The notes: generated from the sequence alone by a model not told the origin. A stretch of 64,000 bases of DNA from Spirochaetia bacterium (GCA_963677925.2 CAXXYH010000003.1:480001-544000); one strand, 5' to 3'. Positions 31,245 through 41,991 are shown, counted from the stretch's first letter. Program-made: numbers and translations.

Positions 31245-32317
31245 CGGCCTGATGCAAATTCCTTCATGAAATCAGCAAGTGCAGCTGCGCCCTCGTAAGG
31301 CATTGAGTTATAAACCGAAGCTCTGCATCCGCCTACACTTCTGTGTCCCTTAAGTCCCAGCATACCCCTTCCCTTTGCTGTGTCGATGAACTCTTTTTCA
31401 AGTTTTTCGTCAGCAAGGGTAAATACAATGTTCATGAGGGATCTTGATTCTTTTTCAACAGGACAGTTGTAAAAACCGCCGCTTGAGTCGATTGCATCAT
31501 AAATAACAGCTGCTTTTTTCTCATTGGCAGCAGCTCTTACTGCAAGACCGCCGTCTGCCTTAAGTTTTTTAAGTACAAGCATAGTGGCATAGATGCTGAA
31601 AACAGGCGGTGTATTATAAAGCGAGTTCTTATCTGCATGGATTGAATAATTAAGGTAAGCAGGCAGGCTGTCTGATGATCTTGCTAAAAGATCATCTCTG
31701 GCTATTACCAGCGTGGTTCCAGCCGGCCCCAGATTCTTCTGAGCGCCTGCGTAAATAAGGCCGAATTTCTCAACAGGGACAGGCTTCGACATAATATCAC
31801 TGGACATATCTGCAACCAGAGGAACGTCACCTGTATCAGGATAGTTTTTCCATTCAAGTCCGCCAATGGTTTCATTAGCAGTTATATGAAGGTAGGAAGA
31901 ATCTTCACCGGGAGTAACCGATTTCGGTAAGGTAGTATAGCTTTCAGCCTTACCATCCCATACTGCTCTTGCATTTCCAAGTTTTTTTCCATCCTCGAAA
32001 GCTTTTTTAGCCCATGAACCGGTAACAACATAATCACAGTTCCCGGCACCCGTAAGCAGATTCATAGGAACCATTGCAAACTGCAGTGTAGCTCCTCCGC
32101 CGAGAAACATTACCTTATAGTTATCCGGAAGACCGAGCAGCTCTTTAACAAGACTTACAGCCTCGTTGTGTACTTCATCATAAGCGGCACTTCTGTGACT
32201 GTCTTCTATAAGAGAAAGCCCATTGCCGTGATAATCGACGATATTCTCTTTAATCTCTTCAAGTACTTCAACAGGAAGGGTCGAAGGTCCCGCATTGAAA
32301 TTTAATTTACGACTCAT
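31241..32317 (-). CDS. serC: Phosphoserine aminotransferase
   Basis: NFNAGPS, SHRS, DMSSD, AGAQKN (PLP Lys), NTPP, GHRSVGG. Confidence 0.97.
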   Translation of the reverse strand: MSRKLNFNAGPSTLPVEVLEEIKENIVDYHGNGLSLIEDSHRSAAYDEVHNEAVSLVKELLGLPDNYKVMFLGGGATLQFAMVPMNLLTGAGNCDYVVTGSWAKKAFEDGKKLGNARAVWDGKAESYTTLPKSVTPGEDSSYLHITANETIGGLEWKNYPDTGDVPLVADMSSDIMSKPVPVEKFGLIYAGAQKNLGPAGTTLVIARDDLLARSSDSLPAYLNYSIHADKNSLYNTPPVFSIYATMLVLKKLKADGGLAVRAAANEKKAAVIYDAIDSSGGFYNCPVEKESRSLMNIVFTLADEKLEKEFIDTAKGRGMLGLKGHRSVGGCRASVYNSMPYEGAAALADFMKEFASGR

Positions 32318-32392
32318 TATATCCTCCGGAATTTATATCTCTATTTTATCGCATTTTTATAACCGCTTAGCAATACTATTACACTGCGGAAT

Positions 32393-32423
32393 AAAAAAAA
32401 GAGGCAGCTAATGGGCTGCCTCT
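32393..32423 (-). terminator. Intrinsic terminator after rpsU
   Basis: AGAGGCAGC / GCTGCCTCT stem followed on the minus strand by a T8 run. Confidence 0.85.
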
Positions 32424-32453
32424 CTGAACAAAACCGCATATAGCGGCGGATTG

Positions 32454-32663
32454 CTAATAGTTCTTCATGTTCTGCAGCTTTCTCTGCTTTTTCATCTGCT
32501 TGCGCTGCATAGCTTTTGTCTTTCTATTCTTGATAGTTGAAGGCTTTTCAAAGTATTCGCGTTTTTTCCATTCGCGGATAATACCCTCTTTCTCAACCAT
32601 TCTCTTAAAGCGTTTTATAGCCTTTTCGAGCGGCTCGCCTTCATCAATGTTAACATGAGCGAT
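32454..32663 (-). CDS. rpsU: 30S ribosomal protein S21 (probable ATC start at 32663; GTG 32672 is the track's alternative)
   Basis: [31 protein letters not shown] signature. Confidence 0.95.
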   Translation of the reverse strand: MAHVNIDEGEPLEKAIKRFKRMVEKEGIIREWKKREYFEKPSTIKNRKTKAMQRKQMKKQRKLQNMKNY

Positions 32664-32688
32664 AGCAATCACCCCCTTTTGTGTATAA

Positions 32689-33603
32689 TTATTGTTTAAT
32701 ATTACTTATTATAAAGTCTTTGTCAATAAGGCTTTCAGTAAGCCAGGTCTCAGGTTCAACAGCAACTCCTGCAACCCTAATCTCCCAGTGAAGGTGGGCT
32801 CCGGTAACCAGTCCTGTAGCTCCTACTGTACCGATAAGCTCCCTTTCTTTGAGTATTTTACCAGCCTCCGTGTTTATTTCCTGCATATGATAATAAAGGG
32901 AATAGACACCGGGAAGATGCTCTATTACCACAGTATTACCCGTAAGAATTCTCATATCAGAGAAAACAACCTTCCCCGGACCGGGTGAATAAATCGGAGT
33001 TCCAGGGACAGCGGAATAATCAATACCATTATGTAATGATGTTGCAGTTGTTCCGTCATCATAGAGATAGCGTCTTCGGTCACCGAAGAATGAAGTCTGA
33101 CGGAGTGCGGTTACCGGAAGTGATAAATCAGAACTCATATATACAGCATCCGGATCGACCGACGTCAGTATACCATAGAGGATCTTCCATTCTTCGGCTT
33201 TTCTGATATCTTCAGACTGACGAAGCGTAGACATTGATTTTGTCAGAGGAATGTCCTCACTTATGAAATCGCGTTTAATAACATTTAAAACAGCTTCAAT
33301 ATGAAGATTTTCTCCATCGCCTGCAGAGACAGTGTAAATACCCGGCGAGGCGTCCGAGGGAACACCAAGCATTGCTATCACTGCCGTATAACCTTCAAGC
33401 ACAACCTTAAAGCTTTCAGTCTTCGCAATTGTCCGTCCGCTTCTCTTAAGCAGAACTTCCGCACCGGAGTCTCCCGCTCCCTTTAAAACTGCTGTAATCA
33501 CCCCGCCCTGAGGAACATTATCACTAAGAATAAGTTCGGCAGCCGGCAGAAATGCCGCAGTAATTACAAACGCGAAAAATAACGCTGAAACTTTCTTTAT
33601 CAT
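32689..33603 (-). CDS. M23-family metallopeptidase
   Basis: [20 protein letters not shown]; signal peptide. Confidence 0.92.
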   Translation of the reverse strand: MIKKVSALFFAFVITAAFLPAAELILSDNVPQGGVITAVLKGAGDSGAEVLLKRSGRTIAKTESFKVVLEGYTAVIAMLGVPSDASPGIYTVSAGDGENLHIEAVLNVIKRDFISEDIPLTKSMSTLRQSEDIRKAEEWKILYGILTSVDPDAVYMSSDLSLPVTALRQTSFFGDRRRYLYDDGTTATSLHNGIDYSAVPGTPIYSPGPGKVVFSDMRILTGNTVVIEHLPGVYSLYYHMQEINTEAGKILKERELIGTVGATGLVTGAHLHWEIRVAGVAVEPETWLTESLIDKDFIISNIKQ

Positions 33604-35708
33604 CTTTTCATATCCAATATTGTCAGCTGAAGGGTTTCCTTATTCATAAAATAGTTCCGGCCCAGCCTGAAAACTATATCAATTCTCTCTCCGGTACTGA
33701 AATCCCGGTTGGCTTTTTCAGCTGCGTTCCAGTAGACCGCAGGCCATTTAAACTTATCTGCCTCAAACAGAAGCCTGAGGTGATTCTTTTCATTTTTTCC
33801 CATTATTTCCATATTCAGAATCTTTATATTTCTGGCCAGAAAAACAAGGGGCGGGCTGCTTTCGCCATAGGGTTCGAACATCTCAACAGTTTTTATCAGA
33901 TCAGGATTCAGATATTTAACAGGAAGTTCAGCATCGATATTAAGGCTTGCCTCAGTTGTGTCAGCCCCTTTAAGCCCGGGAGCAAGCTCCTCTATGCGGC
34001 TTGTAAAATCTGCAAAACGTGAAAGCTCCATACTGAAGCCGGCTGCATAATCATGGCCGCCGTAATCTATAAATATATCAGATGCACCTGCAATAAAATC
34101 CTTAACGTTAATATTCATTGCACTTCTTATGGAGCCAACCGCCTTATCTTCCATGATGGAGACGGCCATAGCCGGTACGCCGAAGAAATTTGCAAGCCGA
34201 GAAGCAATTATTCCCGTAATTCCGCGGTTGAGATCCTTATCGGCAACAAGGACCAGTCTGGCCTCAAGGTCCTGATAACTCCGCTTGGCAGAAGGAAGCA
34301 GTTTGTTCCATATATCTTCACCAAGTTTCTTGCGCTGACGGTTGAGTTCCACAACTTCAGATGTAAGGCGGTTAATATCTGCAGGTTCGCTGCTAAGCAG
34401 AAGCTCGGCAGCCCTGGAGGGAACACCCATTCTTCCGGTTGCATTGATTACCGGAGTAATCTGCCAGCCGATATCTGTAGTATTAAGTCTGCGCGCAAGC
34501 ATATTCTGTGCTGAAAGCAGGCTTCTAAGTCCCTCACGCTCTGTCTTTTCAACGACCTTCATTCCCCGCTTAATCAGAATACGGTTCTCGTTCTCTATGG
34601 GCATCAGATCGGCAATAGTTCCAAGTGCAACCAGGTCAAGATCATGCTCTGATTTAAGAACGAAACCCTGGTCCTTCTTCACGATAAAGGTGGTAAACAG
34701 GTTTATAAGAACATCAAGTTCCCCCGGCGGCTTCTCACTGTAGCGGGCAAGGCGGCTGCCGTCCCTCATTTTAAGCAGACTTCTTCCTCTTAGAGACGGG
34801 AATACCTTCCATATTTCGGGAGCCGAATCTATCAAGTGAATATCTGTATTCTGACCGAACACAGATTTAAGCATTCGCAGCTGGGGTTCTGCATCATAGA
34901 CAATTATCTGAAGCGAGAGAAAATCCATCAGTCTTGTGTTCTGCATATCGACAATGCCGGGAGCCAGAGTTTCCGTAATCCGGTCTTCAACAACGAGGTT
35001 TTTCATCCTGACCGCTTCAAGTATGACAGAATCATTCCCGGGACGTACATTCAGCAGGCAGAACTGCTGGTTATATATATCAAGCGATGAAAACCTAAGC
35101 GCCCAGATAACCTTGGATACGACGCCGCAGCCCGCAAGATGGGCAAAGGGATAGCAGCAGTCTTCCATTTTCGGATTTATAATACCGTATGCCGGTGGAA
35201 GGACTTCAGGGCTGTTATGGTGATCAATTACTATTGTATCAATACCCTTTTCATTCGCATATTCAATTTCATTATAGTTGGAAATTCCGCAGTCAACAGT
35301 GATAAGCAGACTTCCGTCAACTTCAGCAAAACTGTCGACTGCCTGCATGGTCAGTCCGTATGGTTCATCACCTGTCGGCAAAGCCCATTCTGCCTCAATG
35401 CCAATCTCTTTAAGGGCATTGTATATAAGCACCGTTGATGTAATTCCGTCGACATCGCGGTCGCCGAAGATCTTAACCCTTTCTTCCTCAGCAGCAGCCT
35501 GCTTAATTCGATCGATAATATCCTCCATTTCTTCGAAAAGAAATGGATTATGCAGATACTGCGAGTCATCTTCAAGATAGAACTTTATATCTTCATTTTC
35601 AATTATACCGCGACGTACAAATATTGATGAGGTAAGAAGATCCAGACCGAAGCGTTCGGATATCTGTCTCACTTTATCTGTGTCGATATCTTTTTTATTC
35701 CATATCAT
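33600..35708 (-). CDS. recJ: ssDNA-specific exonuclease RecJ with internal insertion
   Basis: GDRDVDG, ITVDCG, IDHH, LGTIAD, INATGR, GGHDYAAG; about 145-aa insert between LAGCGV..WAL and DLVALGT. Confidence 0.95.
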   Translation of the reverse strand: MIWNKKDIDTDKVRQISERFGLDLLTSSIFVRRGIIENEDIKFYLEDDSQYLHNPFLFEEMEDIIDRIKQAAAEEERVKIFGDRDVDGITSTVLIYNALKEIGIEAEWALPTGDEPYGLTMQAVDSFAEVDGSLLITVDCGISNYNEIEYANEKGIDTIVIDHHNSPEVLPPAYGIINPKMEDCCYPFAHLAGCGVVSKVIWALRFSSLDIYNQQFCLLNVRPGNDSVILEAVRMKNLVVEDRITETLAPGIVDMQNTRLMDFLSLQIIVYDAEPQLRMLKSVFGQNTDIHLIDSAPEIWKVFPSLRGRSLLKMRDGSRLARYSEKPPGELDVLINLFTTFIVKKDQGFVLKSEHDLDLVALGTIADLMPIENENRILIKRGMKVVEKTEREGLRSLLSAQNMLARRLNTTDIGWQITPVINATGRMGVPSRAAELLLSSEPADINRLTSEVVELNRQRKKLGEDIWNKLLPSAKRSYQDLEARLVLVADKDLNRGITGIIASRLANFFGVPAMAVSIMEDKAVGSIRSAMNINVKDFIAGASDIFIDYGGHDYAAGFSMELSRFADFTSRIEELAPGLKGADTTEASLNIDAELPVKYLNPDLIKTVEMFEPYGESSPPLVFLARNIKILNMEIMGKNEKNHLRLLFEADKFKWPAVYWNAAEKANRDFSTGERIDIVFRLGRNYFMNKETLQLTILDMKR

Positions 35709-36447
35709 ATTCAATAAAACCCAAAGTCTTCAGGGGAACTTCAATAACACTTTTAAGAATTATTATAAGCAGATCCCTTGTTTTTTTCATCAGCTGTAAA
35801 TCTAACCTTTTTTCGAGAGCTTCTTCAAGCTTAAGCTGTGAATAACTTAGAAGATATTCAGCTGCCACGGCTTCAAGCGCCGGCATTCCCGCTGATCGGC
35901 ACCGGCTGCAGATAAAAATATTTTCAACCTGTGAATAGTAGATCGTCTCATGCACAGAGTCTCTACCGCATCGTCCGCATGAACCAAGATCCGATATAAA
36001 CCCGGCATCAAGCAGAAAGCCGTAAAGAAACAGGACAGTAAGCTCTACAGCCTTATCAGGATAACTGTCAAGAAGCCTCAATGCCGATGTAAGCAGACTG
36101 TAAACAGGCAGATAATCTGCTCCGGCTGCATGAGATTTCAAAACAACTTCCGACCATAACGAAGCATTGCACAGAGCTTCCATATTTCCCTTGATTCCGG
36201 AGTTAAGCGAGGCAGATTCACAGCTGTTTATTTTCCAGCTGTCCCGTGTCGGATTATAATATAAATCAAACCTTGAAACGGCAAATATATCGGTTATGCT
36301 GCTCATTCTGCTCTTACCCTTGTACGCCCCATGAGCAACAGCATCAATTATTCCCTGTTCAGGGCTGAGCATCGTAACTGATTTGTGGAAATCACCGAAC
36401 CGTCTTGTTTTAAGTACTACAGCTTCTGTCTGACAATTCCTGTCCAT
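35695..36447 (-). CDS. recO: DNA repair protein RecO
   Basis: N-terminal OB fold (EAVVLKTRRFGDFHKSVTMLS); CGRCG...CSRC Zn finger. Confidence 0.92.
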   Translation of the reverse strand: MDRNCQTEAVVLKTRRFGDFHKSVTMLSPEQGIIDAVAHGAYKGKSRMSSITDIFAVSRFDLYYNPTRDSWKINSCESASLNSGIKGNMEALCNASLWSEVVLKSHAAGADYLPVYSLLTSALRLLDSYPDKAVELTVLFLYGFLLDAGFISDLGSCGRCGRDSVHETIYYSQVENIFICSRCRSAGMPALEAVAAEYLLSYSQLKLEEALEKRLDLQLMKKTRDLLIIILKSVIEVPLKTLGFIEYDME

Positions 36448-36543
36448 TGAAAAATATTATAACATAAAAGCTCATCAATATTTGCCTTTTAGATCATTTT
36501 TGCATATTTTTAAGATAAGTAAACTAAAAGAAGAGGTTCAGCT

Positions 36544-38883
36544 ATGCCAGATAAACAAATTGTGCCCGCGGATCAAATGCTACCTAGCAGGCTGTTTATT
36601 ATTCCGACACTCGGGAAACCGGTCTTTCCCGGGATTTTCACACCCATGATGATAGAGTCGGAAAGTGATATCACTGTTGTGGATCAGGCCCTTAGTCAAA
36701 ACAGTATGATTGGGCTTTTGATGATCAAGGATGAAGAAACAGAGAATCCCGCACCTTCAGACATGTACAACATCGGAACAGTCGGAAAGATTGTCAAGAA
36801 AATCAACCTTCCCGACGGCGGGATAAATATTTTCATATCGACACTTAAACGCTTCAAGATTAAGAAATACCTTTCAGATGAGCAGCCCTATGTTGCTGCG
36901 GTTGATTATCTTGATGATCAGAATGATGACTCCATAGAGGTAAAGGCGCTTACCCGCTCCATAATAAATGAGATGAAGCAGCTTTCAGAGAATAACCCTC
37001 TGTTCTCCGAAGAGATGCGTCTTTCTATGGTAAACATCGATCAGCCGGGTAAAATTGCAGATTTTTTCAGTTCAATCCTGAATATTGATCGTAAAGACCA
37101 GCAGAAGATTCTTGAAACACTAGATGTACAGAAAAGGCTTGAAAACGTCCTTGTATACATTAAGAAGGAACAGGAGCTGATGCGTATTCAGCGCAAGATT
37201 CAGAACCAGATTAATGAAAAGATTGAAAAGAATCAGCGTGAATACTTTCTGAAGGAAGAGCTTAAGGCTATCAAGAAAGAACTTGGGATGCCGGTTGATG
37301 CAAAGAGTGAGGAATACAACCGCTTCAAAGAAGCTGTTGAAGCCTTCAAATTTAAAGGCGAAATTAAGGAACAGGTAAACCAGGAGCTTGAGAAGTTCAA
37401 ACTTATGGATCCCAACTCTTCCGAGTTTGTCGTTACCAGAAACTATCTTGATACAATCGTTTCATTGCCCTGGAAGGATCCGGAGCCTGAGAACTTTGAT
37501 ATGAAAGAAGCCAGGACCATCCTTGATCGTGATCATTACGGACTTGAGGATGTTAAGGAGCGTATTCTTGAGTATCTAGCTGTTAGAAAACTCAAGAAGG
37601 ATTCCAAAGGCTCTATTATCTGTCTGGTAGGAGCTCCGGGTGTGGGGAAAACATCCATCGGTAAATCGATAGCAAGCGCCCTGAACAAGGAATTCTTCAG
37701 ATTCTCAGTCGGCGGTATGCGTGATGAAGCGGAAATCAAAGGCCACAGAAGAACATATGTAGGAGCAATGCCGGGTAAGATCATCCAGGGGCTCAAGATT
37801 GTGAAGGCCAAGGATCCCGTTTTCATGATAGATGAGATCGATAAAATGGGTGCTTCATACCAGGGAGACCCATCCTCAGCCCTGCTTGAAGTTCTTGATC
37901 CTGAACAGAATATCAGCTTCAGAGATCACTACCTTGATCTCCCCTTTGATATCTCAAACATACTGTTCATTGTTACAGCAAATACTCTTGATACAATTCC
38001 GAGACCCCTTCTGGACCGTATGGAAATAATCAGACTCTCAGGATACATCGAACAGGAAAAGATTAAGATAGCCCAGAAATACCTTATACCCAAATCACTT
38101 GCAAAGACGGGACTCAAGCGTAAAGAGGTTAAATACACTACAAAGACCCTTTCAGCAATAGCAGTAAATTATGCCCGTGAAGCCGGAATGCGAAACTATG
38201 AAAAAGCGCTGGATAAGATTCACCGTAAACTTGCACGTAAAATTGTGCTGGATGAGGTAAAAGCTCCTTTCAATATCACTCCTGAAAACCTTGAGGAATA
38301 CCTAGGAAAACCTGTTTTCCGTGAGGATGAGATAAAGGTGGTAACAAGCCCGGGTATGGCTGTAGGACTTGCCTGGACTAACTTCGGCGGAGATACACTA
38401 ATGATCGAAGCTGTGAATATTAAGGGCAAGGAAGGAATCAAGCTTACGGGCCAGATGGGCAAGGTAATGCAGGAATCAGCAGGAATAGCCTACACCTATG
38501 TCCGGCATATAGCTGAAAAGAATGGAGTTGATCCCAAGTTTTTCGCTGAGAATATGATTCACCTGCATATCCCTGAGGGTGCTACTCCCAAGGACGGACC
38601 TTCCGCCGGTATAACAATGGCATCAGCCCTGCTCTCTCTGGCAAAAGGCAAAATGATGAAAAAGAAACTGGCTATGACCGGTGAACTTTCACTTGCAGGA
38701 AAGGTACTGCCGATAGGCGGTCTTAAAGAAAAAACAATTGCCGCAAGACGTGCAGGTATAAAAAATATTATAATACCCAAAGCCAATGAACGCGATCTGG
38801 ATGAGATTCCTGATCATGTTAAAAAAGGCATTGCATTTCACCCTGTTGAAATGATGGATGAGGTAATTGAGAAGATTTTTTAA
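36544..38883 (+). CDS. lon: ATP-dependent protease La
   Basis: DHYGL, GAPGVGKT, IDEIDK, PKDGPSAG (Ser), IGGLKEK (Lys). Confidence 0.98.
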   Translation: MPDKQIVPADQMLPSRLFIIPTLGKPVFPGIFTPMMIESESDITVVDQALSQNSMIGLLMIKDEETENPAPSDMYNIGTVGKIVKKINLPDGGINIFISTLKRFKIKKYLSDEQPYVAAVDYLDDQNDDSIEVKALTRSIINEMKQLSENNPLFSEEMRLSMVNIDQPGKIADFFSSILNIDRKDQQKILETLDVQKRLENVLVYIKKEQELMRIQRKIQNQINEKIEKNQREYFLKEELKAIKKELGMPVDAKSEEYNRFKEAVEAFKFKGEIKEQVNQELEKFKLMDPNSSEFVVTRNYLDTIVSLPWKDPEPENFDMKEARTILDRDHYGLEDVKERILEYLAVRKLKKDSKGSIICLVGAPGVGKTSIGKSIASALNKEFFRFSVGGMRDEAEIKGHRRTYVGAMPGKIIQGLKIVKAKDPVFMIDEIDKMGASYQGDPSSALLEVLDPEQNISFRDHYLDLPFDISNILFIVTANTLDTIPRPLLDRMEIIRLSGYIEQEKIKIAQKYLIPKSLAKTGLKRKEVKYTTKTLSAIAVNYAREAGMRNYEKALDKIHRKLARKIVLDEVKAPFNITPENLEEYLGKPVFREDEIKVVTSPGMAVGLAWTNFGGDTLMIEAVNIKGKEGIKLTGQMGKVMQESAGIAYTYVRHIAEKNGVDPKFFAENMIHLHIPEGATPKDGPSAGITMASALLSLAKGKMMKKKLAMTGELSLAGKVLPIGGLKEKTIAARRAGIKNIIIPKANERDLDEIPDHVKKGIAFHPVEMMDEVIEKIF

Positions 38884-40036
38884 ACTGCCGTATATTTTAA
38901 TTGCTCTGGTGATAATATCAGCCGTCCCTGTTTCTGCAATGCAGTACAGGGACGCAGGTATTCAGGCTCCGGCAAAAAAAGAGCCGCTGGTATTAAGCTT
39001 TACCGGCGATATGATGGCCCATGTCATCAACTACAGTATGAAGGATTACTCGCTTATATACCGCGATATAGAATCAATCATGCAGAATGACAGTCTGACC
39101 TTCAGCAATGTTGAGTTTCCTGTCAATCCTGAAATTCCCCAGGCAAGCTACCCTGTTTTCAACATCCATCCAGAATATGTCATGGCCGCCATAGACGCCG
39201 GAGTGGATGTTGTTTCCATTGCAAACAATCATACCGCGGATCAGGGAGTTCCAGGCCTGCAGGCTACAGTAAGTACAATGTACTCTCTTATGAATTATTA
39301 TAAAAAGCAGCAGAACAGGGAACTGCATTTTTCAGGCGCCAAGGACAACCCGGAAACTGATTTCAAACCTGTAACAATATATAAAAACGGATGGAAGATT
39401 GGATATCTGGCTGTTGCGCAGTTCTCAAACCATAACCCCGGCAGGGGCTACATGCAGCTTGTCGATTTCCGTGACAGAGAAGAGACCTCAGCCTTTGTAG
39501 ATTTTATAAAGAAAGTCCGGACGGATTACGATCTCTTTGTTCTTGCATACCACGGGGGCGTTGAATACCTTGCCGAGCCTGTTAAGGCAAAAACCGAATT
39601 TTTTAATGATCTTGTGGCTGCCGGTGTTGATATAATCTGGGGTCACCATCCGCATATAATTCAGCCTGTAGATATCGTCACTACCGAAGGTAGAACCGGC
39701 GTTGTAATGAACTCTTTAGGCAACTTTATCTCTGGTCAGGGCAGGATAATAGATCCTGACCTTCCCGAAGAGGAATGGTCCTATACAGGCGATTCCGCAA
39801 TTATCCAGGTAGAAGCAGCCTTCCGAAACGGCAGAATAGTCTTTGACAGGGTCGAGGCAATTCCCACGGCAAACATGATGACGACCAACAGGGAAGTGGT
39901 TATTACACCGCTTGAACAGCTCACCCACCAGCCTGTTCCGCAGCCATGGAACGACTTTTTCATGCAGCGCTACATGCTGATGCACGATTATTTTAACCGT
40001 AATATCAGACAGATAGATTTAACCGGAAGCAGATAG
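38867..40036 (+). CDS. CapA-family (PGA_cap) metallophosphoesterase-fold protein
   Basis: GDMM, NVE, ANNH, HGGVEY, GHHPH, SLGNF. Confidence 0.9.
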   Translation: MRRFFKLPYILIALVIISAVPVSAMQYRDAGIQAPAKKEPLVLSFTGDMMAHVINYSMKDYSLIYRDIESIMQNDSLTFSNVEFPVNPEIPQASYPVFNIHPEYVMAAIDAGVDVVSIANNHTADQGVPGLQATVSTMYSLMNYYKKQQNRELHFSGAKDNPETDFKPVTIYKNGWKIGYLAVAQFSNHNPGRGYMQLVDFRDREETSAFVDFIKKVRTDYDLFVLAYHGGVEYLAEPVKAKTEFFNDLVAAGVDIIWGHHPHIIQPVDIVTTEGRTGVVMNSLGNFISGQGRIIDPDLPEEEWSYTGDSAIIQVEAAFRNGRIVFDRVEAIPTANMMTTNREVVITPLEQLTHQPVPQPWNDFFMQRYMLMHDYFNRNIRQIDLTGSR

Positions 40037-40048
40037 CATAGTACAATG

Positions 40049-41215
40049 TTACTGCCTGTATTTATTAAAGCTGTATTCGATAATTCCGGTTGCTGCACCT
40101 ATCAGATTTTCTGATTCCCTCAAATCGGTTATATAGATATCAATATCAAAAAAGTTTCTGGCTATATACGAATTTTTAAGTTTCTTTCTTAACTCATTAA
40201 TAAACATCTGCGGCTTATATATTATAAAACCTGAAAGAACAATCTTTTTAAGCATTGTAAAATTTATTGCATTTACAACTGCTGTAGAGAAAATGCCTGC
40301 ATAATACTCAATAATATTTATAAAATATTTCTCACCTGCATAAGCCCTGTCTACAATCTCTTCCCAGTTCTTCAAATCAGGGAAATCTTTCCGGACTCTT
40401 TCAAGTATATTCATAAGTCCATAGAATCCGTATAAGCATCCCCTGTTTCCGCAGACACATTTTTCACCTTGAAAATCGATAGAGAGATGTCCGAACTCCG
40501 GAGTTAATCCAAGTTCACCTCCGAATAACTTTCTGTTTCTGATAATTCCGAAGCCCAATCCCACATAAGACATGATACAAATAAAATCGTCAAACTGACG
40601 GCCATATCCGAAATACAGTTCAGCCAGGCTTACTGCGTTTGCATCACGCTCCAGCCTGATTTCATAATCAAAATATTTTTTAAACTCGGTAATGATATTA
40701 AAACCCCGCCATAATTCAAAATCAGGTATTTCATCTATAATCCCGTGTAAGGTATCAACAGGGCCCGGTGTAGTAATACCCAGACCAAGTATTTCATTCA
40801 CGACTCTGATATTCAAAATACTTTTTTTGATATCACTGCAAATTATTTCAACAGCCTGCTGCGGCGATCTGCAGCTGAATATATCGACTTTTTTAGAGAT
40901 AAGCACATTTCCGCCGAAATCCACAAGCCCGATGCTGCAGCCGTCGCGGGCAATATCAACGCAGAGAATATTATACCGGTCGGAAACAATTTCAAGGGTT
41001 GTAGGATTCCGCCCTACGTTTTTGTTGTATAGCTCAAGTCCTGATTCTTTGATAAGTCCCTCATTAATAAGCTCATCAGTAATATTACTTATTGAAGCCT
41101 TTGTAAGTCCGGTCAAACGGGACAGTTCAGCACGTGAATAAGAATTCTTGAAAAGACTTCTTATTACAAGATGACGGTTGAATACCTTATTGTAGGGCGA
41201 ATTCCTTGTGTCCAA
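40049..41215 (-). CDS. ROK-family transcriptional repressor
   Basis: SRAELSRLTGLTKASIS HTH; GRNP; ERDANA; EFGH...CVCGNRGC. Confidence 0.92.
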   Translation of the reverse strand: MDTRNSPYNKVFNRHLVIRSLFKNSYSRAELSRLTGLTKASISNITDELINEGLIKESGLELYNKNVGRNPTTLEIVSDRYNILCVDIARDGCSIGLVDFGGNVLISKKVDIFSCRSPQQAVEIICSDIKKSILNIRVVNEILGLGITTPGPVDTLHGIIDEIPDFELWRGFNIITEFKKYFDYEIRLERDANAVSLAELYFGYGRQFDDFICIMSYVGLGFGIIRNRKLFGGELGLTPEFGHLSIDFQGEKCVCGNRGCLYGFYGLMNILERVRKDFPDLKNWEEIVDRAYAGEKYFINIIEYYAGIFSTAVVNAINFTMLKKIVLSGFIIYKPQMFINELRKKLKNSYIARNFFDIDIYITDLRESENLIGAATGIIEYSFNKYRQ

Positions 41216-41241
41216 CTTTCTTCTCCAGTACGAAAATTCTT

Positions 41242-41991
41242 TTATTTATTTGACAGCCATCTAAAACATCTGCTCCAGAATTTTGCATAATTTTTCCAGT
41301 TAATAAATCCCTGGCCCCAGTGCGGAGCTAAATCGGAAGCAAATGCGAGGGTACGTCCGCTTCCATAGTTGTTTACAACCATCATCGGATCTCCATCCCA
41401 TTCTGCAATAATTTTATCTTTGCTTCTTGCTTCAAAACGATTATACCCCAAAAAAAGAAGCGGCGAGCTATCCCATTCCATATCTTTTATAAGCGGATGT
41501 TCCGGTTTTACAGGATTGAATTTTGAACCTTCAGGTATTTCCACTCTATCATCGAATGGACTTACATTAATATCAAGAAGCTCTTCAAAAACAGTATTGT
41601 GATACCGCCCCTGCCCCATCTGTCCTCCGAATCCCATCCAGCCTCCGACTACAGCAAGTCCGCCGCCGTTTTTCACGTAATTCTCTATCAGTTTTAAACG
41701 GTTCGGTCCCATAGGTATTTTAAATCTATCCGGATACATCAGTATTGTATCTGTTCCAAGATCACTTAAAAGTATTACATCATATTTTGAAATTTCCTCG
41801 ATGGTAGATGGAAAGTCCTTTGAGACATTCGGTGTAGGTAAATATGTAATATTTAATTCGGTGTCTGATTTTAGCGGCTCAAGTAAAAAAGCTCTTTCAT
41901 CAAAGAGCTCAGCAAAGGAAAAAGAATTCATCCCCTTATAGAAGGTGGTACTGATTAGGGCGTAATCGCCTGCGTAAAGTACATTAATCAT
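41242..41991 (-). CDS. Glutamine amidotransferase-like (GATase1_like/DUF1355) protein
   Basis: YDVILLSDLG, YVKNGGGLAVVGGWMGFGG, DDRVEIPEG, SDLAPHW. Confidence 0.85.
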   Translation of the reverse strand: MINVLYAGDYALISTTFYKGMNSFSFAELFDERAFLLEPLKSDTELNITYLPTPNVSKDFPSTIEEISKYDVILLSDLGTDTILMYPDRFKIPMGPNRLKLIENYVKNGGGLAVVGGWMGFGGQMGQGRYHNTVFEELLDINVSPFDDRVEIPEGSKFNPVKPEHPLIKDMEWDSSPLLFLGYNRFEARSKDKIIAEWDGDPMMVVNNYGSGRTLAFASDLAPHWGQGFINWKNYAKFWSRCFRWLSNK

